From a bacterium (GTDB taxonomy: Bacteria; Krumholzibacteriota; Krumholzibacteriia; LZORAL124-64-63): a stretch of DNA of 64,000 nucleotides. The notes beneath the pieces are model-generated. The model saw nothing but the letters and a program-made list of their open reading frames with translations. It ran no database searches and was not told the DNA's origin. Positions 57,469 through 64,000 of this stretch are shown here, in pieces. The stretch covers positions 134,558 through 198,557 of the forward strand of contig JADJYS010000001.1 in the NCBI GenBank assembly GCA_016719645.1, read 5' to 3'. Each line of letters begins with the position of its first letter. Position 1 is the stretch's first letter. Both the position numbers and the translations under genes were made by a program.

Positions 57469-57635
57469 GGCGGACTCCTCCCGAAAGCGCTAGAAAACGG
57501 GCACCGTCCCCCATTCCAGCAAGGTCCGGACCGGGGTCGGCGGCTGATTGCACCCAACTTCATTATCGGCAGCGTCATGCCTCAACTGTAGGTCCCAGCC
57601 CCGAATTCGTCCCCGCCCATACCCATGCTGCTGTT

Positions 57636-57784
57636 CGACTTGGGTCCGCACATCCTGCCGGGACCGGGGTGTCCTGCAGGCCCTGGAGCCAGGATGGCGG
57701 AAGGGCCGGAAGGCCAAGCGCTCCGGGCGCAGGAGGCGCCCGGAGCGCGCCCCCGGTCCCGGCAGGATGTGCGGACCCAAGTCG
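57636..57784. repeat. 149-bp nested perfect palindrome: 34-bp inverted repeat arms (57636-57669 / 57751-57784) enclosing an inner 13-bp IR hairpin (57718-57748)
   Basis: Outer arm cgacttgggtccgcacatcctgccgggaccgggg is exactly reverse-complemented 81 nt downstream. Inner arms are gcgctccgggcgc-aggag-gcgcccggagcgc. Mirror-image ORFs appear on both strands of the track. Confidence 0.8.
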
Positions 57785-57890
57785 CATCGAGGATGGAACC
57801 AAAAGAAAAAGGCGCCTCGCGGCGCCTCATCCCGGATCCGGACGGTCTGGCGACCGTTCGGGTTCCTCAGCTGTCGATACCGGCGGTGCG

Positions 57891-57977
57891 TGGTGCCCGA
57901 GGGGAGACTCGAACTCCCACGAGGAATCCCTCACTACGACCTGAACGTAGCGCGTCTACCAATTCCGCCACCCGGGC
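57891..57977 (-). tRNA. tRNA-Leu (anticodon CAG) with encoded CCA
   Basis: Manual fold: 7-bp acceptor (one G-U), D-arm, anticodon stem ctacg/cgtag with loop uuCAGgu, long variable-arm hairpin, T-arm gggag-ttcgagt-ctccc, then CCA. Confidence 0.85.
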
Positions 57978-58166
57978 TCCACCGTCGGCTGCAGGAGCGG
58001 TGGGCTGACGCCCGGTGCTCCGCGAGGGGCAAATCTAGAGGACGCCTCCGGACCTGTCAACCCCCCGAGGCCAAAAAGCGGCGGGAAAAAGCGGATTGTG
58101 CCGATCGGGCGCAGATGTTAGCTTCTCACCCCCGGCGCCCGCGATCCCATCCGGTCAGGAGTGACG

Positions 58167-58637
58167 ATGCCCGCGAACCGCGCCGAAAGCGGCGTGAAGA
58201 TCATCGCCAAGAACCGCAAGGCCTTCCACGAGTACGAGATCCTCGATAAGTGGGAAGCCGGGATCGTGCTGCAAGGCACCGAGGTCAAGTCCCTGCGCGC
58301 CGGCAAGTGCAACCTCGGCGACGCCTACGCCGAGATCCGCGACGGCGAAGCCTGGCTGGTGAAGGTCCACATCGGCCCCTACGACCAGGGCAACCGCGCG
58401 AACCACGACCCCTTCCGCCGCCGCAAGCTGCTGCTGACGCGGCGCGAGATCCGCAAGCTGCGGCCGCGGCTCGAGGAGAAGGGCCTGACGCTGGTGCCCC
58501 TGAGCATGTACTTCAAGCACGGGCTGGTGAAGGTCGAGTTCGGGATCGGCCGGGGCAAGAAGCTCCACGACAAGCGCCACGCCACGGCGAAACGGGATTC
58601 CGACCTGCGCATCCGGCGCGAGATGGGACGGCACTGA
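58167..58637 (+). CDS. smpB: SsrA-binding protein
   Basis: IAKNRKAFHEYEI...GTEVKSLR SmpB signature. AGGAG 6 nt upstream of ATG 58167. ORF track GTG 58161 is an alternative start. Confidence 0.92.
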   Translation: MPANRAESGVKIIAKNRKAFHEYEILDKWEAGIVLQGTEVKSLRAGKCNLGDAYAEIRDGEAWLVKVHIGPYDQGNRANHDPFRRRKLLLTRREIRKLRPRLEEKGLTLVPLSMYFKHGLVKVEFGIGRGKKLHDKRHATAKRDSDLRIRREMGRH

Positions 58638-58640
58638 GCC

Positions 58641-60182
58641 GTGGACGCCTCCCGCACATCCCCTCTGGTCTCGAAGGCGCTGCTGCTGGCCGCGGTCGCT
58701 CTGGCGACGACGGTCGTGACGTTTTCCTCCGCGCACGCGGGTCCCTTCCCGGCGGCCGACCCCGACGGCCCGGTCCTGCGCGTCCAGGTCGTCTACCCCG
58801 GCGACCGCGCGCCGGGGTCGATCGAGGCGCGCCGCCTCGCGGCGGGCATGGCCGAGCCCTTCGTCAGCTCGGCCGACGCGGCCCTGATCTTCCGCGCCGC
58901 ACGCTACTGGGATCCCGACCGCCTGCAGCTGACCATGCGCGCCGGCGGCCGCAGCGCCGTGGCCACGGTGAACAGCCGCCACGTCCAGCGCGCCGGCGGC
59001 AGCCTCCTGCTCGCGCTGGCGCCCGTCCACGTCGACGGCGACGTGTGGCTCCCGCTGGAATTCCTGACCGCCGTGCTCGCGCCGGCCGCCGGCGACGACG
59101 TGGACTGGGACCCCGGCATGCAGGTGCTGACCGTGGGCGGCCGGCGCGCCGACCTGCTCACGCTGACGCTCGACGAGACGTCCGACGCCACGACCCTCGT
59201 GCTGGGCTGCGCCAAGGCCCTCGCCTGGCGGCTGGAACGCAGCGCGCCGGACACGCTGGCGCTCACGCTGGACGAGGCGAACGCGGCGCCGGCGCTGCTG
59301 GGGGCGGTGCCCGCCGAGGGCCTGGTCGCCGGCGGCGTGCTCGCGCAGTTGCCCGGTGGCGTGCGCGTCGCGGTGGCGCTCGGACCGCGGGCCGGCGGCT
59401 GGAACGTCGAGACCGCCGAGGATGGGCGCGAGATCCGCCTCGCCCTGCAGGCGCGCGAGGGTGGCGTCCCGGAGGAGCCCGCGCCGGCCGCCGCGCCGGA
59501 CGGCCCCGCGGCGGTCCCGGCGGGGCGCGACGTGCGCGTCGTGGTGATCGACCCGGGCCACGGCGGGTCGGATCGCGGCGCGGTCGGGGACGGCGGGACG
59601 CCCGAGAAGGACCTCATGCTGGACCTGGCCGAAGAGCTCCGCCAGCAGCTGCGGCGCCTGGATTTCCAGGTCGTGCTGACCCGCGACGACGACCGCGATC
59701 TCGAACCCGAGCAGCGCGCCGAGGCCGCGAACCGCGCCGGCGGCGACGTCTTCGTCTCCCTGCACGCCGACGGCTGGTTCGGCGCCGGGGCGTCGGGCGT
59801 CACGACCTTCGCCGCGCCGCAGGACGACGAGCCGCTGCCGGATCTCGCGGACGGTTTCACGCCCTGGCACCTCGCGCAGCGGCGGCACGCCATCGCGAGC
59901 GGCGAGCTGGCGGCGCTGGTCCAGCCGCGGCTGGTCGCCGTGTCCGGCTCGCCCGACCGCGGGATCGTGCGCCTCGACGCGCGCGTCCTGCAGGGCGTCG
60001 ACATGCCCGCGGTGATGGTCGAAGTCGGCTTCCTGACCGATCCGGGCCAGGAGCGCAGCCTGCTCGACGGCGGCCGGCGGCGCGAGCTGGCCGCGGCGAT
60101 CGCCGAGGCCGTGGCCGCCTTCCGCGGCGGCGGGCGGGACGGCAAACCCCGCGCGTCGTCGTCGCAGGAGGAACCCTGGTGA
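58641..60182 (+). CDS. amiC: N-acetylmuramoyl-L-alanine amidase (Amidase_3) with N-terminal AMIN domain
   Basis: Signal peptide. AMIN-like N-terminal domain. Catalytic VVIDPGHGG...E...H Zn-amidase motifs. GTG start. Confidence 0.85.
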   Translation: MDASRTSPLVSKALLLAAVALATTVVTFSSAHAGPFPAADPDGPVLRVQVVYPGDRAPGSIEARRLAAGMAEPFVSSADAALIFRAARYWDPDRLQLTMRAGGRSAVATVNSRHVQRAGGSLLLALAPVHVDGDVWLPLEFLTAVLAPAAGDDVDWDPGMQVLTVGGRRADLLTLTLDETSDATTLVLGCAKALAWRLERSAPDTLALTLDEANAAPALLGAVPAEGLVAGGVLAQLPGGVRVAVALGPRAGGWNVETAEDGREIRLALQAREGGVPEEPAPAAAPDGPAAVPAGRDVRVVVIDPGHGGSDRGAVGDGGTPEKDLMLDLAEELRQQLRRLDFQVVLTRDDDRDLEPEQRAEAANRAGGDVFVSLHADGWFGAGASGVTTFAAPQDDEPLPDLADGFTPWHLAQRRHAIASGELAALVQPRLVAVSGSPDRGIVRLDARVLQGVDMPAVMVEVGFLTDPGQERSLLDGGRRRELAAAIAEAVAAFRGGGRDGKPRASSSQEEPW

Positions 60183-60784
60183 GCCCGCGCACGCATCGCC
60201 GACTGCCGCTTGAGGGCGGCCGCCGCCTGTGGGGGGGGCTGGCCCTGCTCGTCTTCGTCGCGGCGGTGACGGGCGGCGTCTCGGCCCTCTGGCTGAGCCG
60301 AGGCCCCGGGCACGAACCGGTGGCCGCGCCGCCGGAGTCGGCGCCCGAACGGGTCATCGCCGGCTCACGCGGCGTGGTGCTCTACTTCCCGGACGACGAC
60401 GGGATCGGCATGGTCACCGAGGAGATGCTGCTGCCCAGCCGCGACCAGCTCGACGAGGACGTGCTGTCGGTGATGACCGCCCTGCAGCGCGGCCCCCGCG
60501 CCGCGCGCAACGCCGCGTCCCTGCCCGCGGGCGCCCGCCCGCTGGGCGTGTTCCTGGACCGCGACGCCGGCCACGCGGTCGTGGACTGGAGCCGCGAGCT
60601 CATCACCGGCCAGCCGGGCGGCAGCGCCGCCGAACTGGCGACCCTGACCTCGATCCTGCGGACGCTGTCCTGGAACTTCCCCGAACTCGCCACCTGCACG
60701 CTGCTGGTCGAGGGGGCCCCGGTCTCGACCCTGGCCGGCCACCTCGACGCCGACCGGCCCTTCGTCCTGAAGCGCTGGCGCTGA
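60179..60784 (+). CDS. GerMN-domain protein (predicted periplasmic, membrane-anchored)
   Basis: N-terminal TM helix, then GerMN/Gmad2-like region ([16 protein letters not shown]...LTSILRTL...VEGAPV). GTGA overlap with amidase stop. Confidence 0.6.
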   Translation: MSPRTHRRLPLEGGRRLWGGLALLVFVAAVTGGVSALWLSRGPGHEPVAAPPESAPERVIAGSRGVVLYFPDDDGIGMVTEEMLLPSRDQLDEDVLSVMTALQRGPRAARNAASLPAGARPLGVFLDRDAGHAVVDWSRELITGQPGGSAAELATLTSILRTLSWNFPELATCTLLVEGAPVSTLAGHLDADRPFVLKRWR

Positions 60785-60798
60785 CCCGAAAGGACCAC

Positions 60799-61644
60799 GT
60801 GGGACCCATCGGCGTCTTCGATTCGGGCATGGGCGGCCTGACCGTCCTGCGGGAGCTGCGCCGGCGCCTGCCGGCCGAGGACCTGCTGTACTTCGGCGAC
60901 ACCGCGCGGGTGCCCTACGGCACCAAGGGCGAGCGCACGGTGCGCGCCTTCGCGCGCCAGGACGCCTCGTTCCTGGTCAGCCGCGGGGCCAAGCTCGTGG
61001 TCGTGGCCTGCAACACCGCCTCGGCGTTCGCCATCGACGACCTGCAGCGCGAGCTGCCGGTGCCCGTGCTCGGGGTCATCGACCCCGGCGTGCAGACCGC
61101 CCTGCAGCGCACGCGCGGCGGCCGCATCGGCGTGATCGCCACGCGCGGCACCGTGGAGAGCGGGCGCTACCAGCAGCAGCTGTCGGCGGCCGTCGGGCCG
61201 GAGCGGGTGCTGGCCCGCGCCTGCCCGCTGTTCGTGCCCCTGGCCGAGGAGGGGATGGTCGACCATCCGATCACGCGCCTGGTGGCGTGGGAGTACCTGG
61301 CCCCGCTGCGCGACGCCGGCGTCGACACGCTGATCCTCGGCTGCACGCACTACCCGCTGCTGAAGCGGATCATCGGCGAGTTCATGGGCCCCGAGACCGT
61401 GCTGGTCGACTCGGCCGAGGCGCTGGCCGACGCGGCGACGCTGACGCTGGCCGGGGCCGGCCTGCAGCGGGACCCCGGCGGCCGGCCCGGCGGGATGGAA
61501 TTCTACCTCAGCGACATCCCCTGGATGTTCCAGGAAGCGGGGGCCCGCTTCCTCGGGCACCCCATCGACTCGGTCCAGACGGTGAACGTGAACGAAGCCG
61601 ACTGGGACGGGCACCTCGATCTCCCCGGAAAGGAAGCCCCGTGA
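60799..61644 (+). CDS. murI: glutamate racemase
   Basis: [13 protein letters not shown] and ACNTAS / GCTHYP catalytic Cys motifs. GTG start. Confidence 0.88.
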   Translation: MGPIGVFDSGMGGLTVLRELRRRLPAEDLLYFGDTARVPYGTKGERTVRAFARQDASFLVSRGAKLVVVACNTASAFAIDDLQRELPVPVLGVIDPGVQTALQRTRGGRIGVIATRGTVESGRYQQQLSAAVGPERVLARACPLFVPLAEEGMVDHPITRLVAWEYLAPLRDAGVDTLILGCTHYPLLKRIIGEFMGPETVLVDSAEALADAATLTLAGAGLQRDPGGRPGGMEFYLSDIPWMFQEAGARFLGHPIDSVQTVNVNEADWDGHLDLPGKEAP

Positions 61645-62354
61645 CCGCACGCGCCAACGACCGCAAGCCGATCCAGCTGCGCCCCGTCCAGATGACCCGC
61701 GACTACCTGCCGCACGCGGAGGGGTCGGTGCTGATCGAGATGGGCAACACGCGCGTGATCTGCACCGCGTCGCTCAGCCACGGCGTGCCGGGCTGGCTGC
61801 GGGGATCGGGCCAGGGCTGGGTCACCGCCGAGTACGGCATGCTGCCGCGCGCCACCTCGGAGCGCACCCGCCGCGAGGCCACCAACGCCGCGGGCCAGGG
61901 CGGCCGCACCATGGAGATCCAGCGGCTGATCGGCCGCAGCCTGCGCTCGGTCACCGACCTGAAGGCCATGGGCGAGATCACCGTCACGATCGACTGCGAC
62001 GTCATCCAGGCCGACGGCGGCACGCGCTGCGCGTCGGTCAACGGCGCCTCGGTGGCCCTCCACGACGCGCTGAAGCGCCTGAACCTGCGCCGCCACCCGA
62101 TGAGCGGCCTGGTCGGCGCCGTCAGCCTGGGCCTGCTCGACGGCGAGGTCCTGGTCGACCTGGACTACGCGGAGGATTCCCGCGCCTCGACCGACATGAA
62201 CATCATCATGGCCGAGGGCGGCGGGCTCATCGAGGTGCAGGGCACGGCCGAGGGGCGCCCCTTCGCCCGCGCGGACCTCGACCGCATGCTGGACCTGGCC
62301 GCCGGCGGCATCGCGCGGCTGATCGAGCTGCAGCGCAAGGTCCTGGAGGCCTGA
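61641..62354 (+). CDS. rph: ribonuclease PH
   Basis: Full-length RNase PH match ([28 protein letters not shown]). GTGA overlap with murI. Confidence 0.92.
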   Translation: MTARANDRKPIQLRPVQMTRDYLPHAEGSVLIEMGNTRVICTASLSHGVPGWLRGSGQGWVTAEYGMLPRATSERTRREATNAAGQGGRTMEIQRLIGRSLRSVTDLKAMGEITVTIDCDVIQADGGTRCASVNGASVALHDALKRLNLRRHPMSGLVGAVSLGLLDGEVLVDLDYAEDSRASTDMNIIMAEGGGLIEVQGTAEGRPFARADLDRMLDLAAGGIARLIELQRKVLEA

Positions 62355-62358
62355 GCCG

Positions 62359-63360
62359 ATGAGCGACGCACGGCGCATCCTGGTGCTCGCGAGCCGCAAC
62401 CCCGACAAGGTGCGCGAGATGCGCGAGCTGTGCGGGGACGGCCCCTGGGACGTCCGCTCGGCGGCCGACTACCCGGGCCTGCCGGAGGTCGTCGAGGACG
62501 GCACGACGATCCTCGGCAACGCCACGCGCAAGGCCGTCGTCGCCGCCGCCTTCACCGGCGAGATCGCCGTGGCCGACGACACGAGCCTCTGCGTGCGCGC
62601 GCTGAACGACCTGCCCGACGTCTTCGCCGCGCGCTTCGCCGGGCCCGGCGCGACCTACGCCGACAACTGCCGGCTGCTGTCCGAACTGATGCGCGCGGTG
62701 CCCGACGGGTTCCGGCACGCCGTGTTCCAGACGGCGGCCGTGTGGGTGGATCCCCGGCCGGGCGCCGCGGACCCCGCGGGCGCGCAGACCGCCGCGGACG
62801 TGCGCTGGATGCACGACCCGTTCCGCCGGGCCGTCCACCTGCGGGACCCCCGCGACGCCGACGCCTACTGGAACGGCCTGTCCGACCGCGGCGCGGTGTG
62901 GGCGGCCTACCGCGCCGTGATGGGCGCCCCGGGCGTGATCCCCGGCGCGGACCAGGAGCGGCTGGCCGCCAAGCTCGAGGAGCTCTGCGCCGGCGCCGGC
63001 GACGTCCCCGCCGGCGCGATGCGCCTGCCCGACCTGCGCATCTGGACGGCGACCGGTCCCGACGACCCGGCCGCGCCGACCCGGGTCAGTCCCGACGGCC
63101 TGCCGGCGGACGCCCCCGGCCGCGCCGCGTGCGCGCCGGTCTGGCTGGAACTGTCGTCGCACGGCCGCCTGCACGGTGCGATCGCGACCTCGCCGTCGGG
63201 CCGGGCCGGTTTCGGCTACGACCCGGTGTTCCGCCCCGACGGGCTGGACCGCTCCCTCGCCGAGATGGAGCCGCGGGAGAAGAACGCGATCAGCCACCGC
63301 GGCCGCGCGCTGCGCAAGCTGCTCGACGCCGCGCGGAGGGTCTACGGGCCGCCGGCGTGA
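62359..63360 (+). CDS. rdgB: non-canonical purine NTP pyrophosphatase (RdgB/Ham1) with about 130-aa internal insertion
   Basis: Ham1 N-terminal motifs (ILVLASRNPDKVREM, ADDTSLCVRALN) and C-terminal motifs (GFGYDPVF, EKNAISHRGRAL) separated by an in-frame insert. Conserved rph-rdgB order. Confidence 0.8.
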   Translation: MSDARRILVLASRNPDKVREMRELCGDGPWDVRSAADYPGLPEVVEDGTTILGNATRKAVVAAAFTGEIAVADDTSLCVRALNDLPDVFAARFAGPGATYADNCRLLSELMRAVPDGFRHAVFQTAAVWVDPRPGAADPAGAQTAADVRWMHDPFRRAVHLRDPRDADAYWNGLSDRGAVWAAYRAVMGAPGVIPGADQERLAAKLEELCAGAGDVPAGAMRLPDLRIWTATGPDDPAAPTRVSPDGLPADAPGRAACAPVWLELSSHGRLHGAIATSPSGRAGFGYDPVFRPDGLDRSLAEMEPREKNAISHRGRALRKLLDAARRVYGPPA

Positions 63361-63538
63361 ACGCGGATTGACGGCCCCGCGAGGCGCCGGGCCGCCGGTT
63401 CGCGGCGCAAGCCCCTGCCGGGGGGGCGGTTGGGATCGGGAGCGTCCCGCGGGGGACGGGGAGCGAGGCTTGCTGAGCGTCCGGTCGGAAGCGCCGGCCG
63501 GGAAGGCGGATCCGGACGCGATCGCGGGGTGGGAAGGT

Positions 63539-63615
63539 CGGGGCGTGGCGCAGCCCGGTAGCGCATCTGCTTTGGGAGCAGAGGGTCGCCGGTTCGAATC
63601 CGGCCGCCCCGACCA
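63539..63615 (+). tRNA. tRNA-Pro (anticodon TGG) with CCA
   Basis: Manual cloverleaf: cggggcg acceptor, gcgc/gcgc D-stem, tctgc-uuUGGga-gcaga anticodon arm, gccgg-ttcgaat-ccggc T-arm, discriminator A, CCA. Confidence 0.85.
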
Positions 63616-63704
63616 CCAACTCCGGTGCCGAGTCTTGACACTCCAGGACGCTTGGACCATTATGTCCGTCCGTGCCTCGACGAGAGCGCGGGCGCACGAT
63701 ACTG

Positions 63705-63781
63705 GCGCCTGTAGCTCAGTTGGATAGAGCACCGGACTTCTAATCCGGCGGTCGCAGGTTCGAATCCTGCCAGGCGCGCCA
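63705..63781 (+). tRNA. tRNA-Arg (anticodon TCT) with CCA
   Basis: Manual cloverleaf: gcgcctg/caggcgc acceptor, agttggatag D-loop, ccgga-cuUCUaa-tccgg anticodon arm, gcagg-ttcgaat-cctgc T-arm. Confidence 0.88.
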
Positions 63782-63799
63782 GCTCTGCGGATCTCGGGT

Positions 63800-63876
63800 G
63801 GTGGATGTAGCTCAATTGGCGGAGCCCCTGGTTGTGGTCCAGGTGGTCGTGGGTTCGAATCCCATCATCCACCCCA
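63800..63876 (+). tRNA. tRNA-His (anticodon GTG) with encoded G-1 and CCA
   Basis: Manual cloverleaf: extra 5' G pairs with discriminator C. cctgg-uuGUGgu-ccagg anticodon arm. gtggg-ttcgaat-cccat T-arm. Confidence 0.88.
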
Positions 63877-64000
63877 CCCCCTTTCCCCAGCGCGACGCGC
63901 GGTCCGCAGACCCGCAGCAGGCGGCCCCGGACGGGGCCGTTCGCGTTGGCGGGGGAGGGTCCGCCCCCGGACCGGGATCGGGTTGAAGACTGCGGCCAAG

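Noticed and set aside
57470-58166. Searched for tmRNA (ssrA) next to smpB
   Set aside because: No tmRNA-like 5' GGGG...UUCGAC or 3' tRNA-like T-arm was found apart from the bona fide tRNA-Leu. ssrA is presumably elsewhere.
1-64000. CRISPR arrays, prophage or integrase genes, toxin-antitoxin pairs, restriction-modification genes
   Set aside because: No regularly spaced direct repeats and no recognisable defence or phage proteins were seen in any frame.

Overview
High-GC (about 70%) segment of a diderm bacterial chromosome with dense housekeeping content; phylum not assignable from sequence alone. It contains no CRISPR array, prophage or obvious defence island. Gene content: truncated glgC; a nitrilase-type CN-hydrolase; a GT4 glycosyltransferase; a secreted Cys-rich protein behind an AT-rich promoter; dus. 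A PyrR-type attenuator leader precedes pyrR-pyrB-pyrC, then a TPR lipoprotein, then pyrK-pyrD. Next come hemC, a DegT aminotransferase, ugd, a CoA-binding protein, a membrane CCG-type Fe-S oxidoreductase, an NMO-family flavoprotein, an FGE/SUMF1-family lipoprotein, etfBA, an MFS transporter, lpdA, and a SahR-like ArsR-methyltransferase regulator upstream of ahcY. Then an OM beta-barrel protein, a degenerate IS1595-family transposase, add, a UbiA/DUF116/TrmH operon, a GT2-TPR protein and a cN-II-type 5'-nucleotidase. Notably there is an archaeal-type gatE-gatD pair divergent from rex, followed by fabH, a SPOR protein, and an operon of HAD phosphatase, PreA-like DHOD/DPD Fe-S flavoprotein, phosphohexomutase and glutaredoxin. 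Then SQR plus a small ORF, an archaeal-type (type II) GAPDH homologue, a TPR protein, a PDZ-7TM-GAF-PP2C signalling protein, suhB, a CHAT-like protein with the catalytic Cys replaced, and a 149-bp nested perfect palindrome. Then tRNA-Leu, an smpB / AMIN-amidase / GerMN / murI / rph / rdgB operon, and a tRNA-Pro/Arg/His cluster. Six genes appear frameshifted, mostly at GC or homopolymer runs, which suggests assembly indels rather than true pseudogenes. Many long R/P/G-rich ORFs in the six-frame track are wrong-frame artefacts of the GC bias and are ignored.
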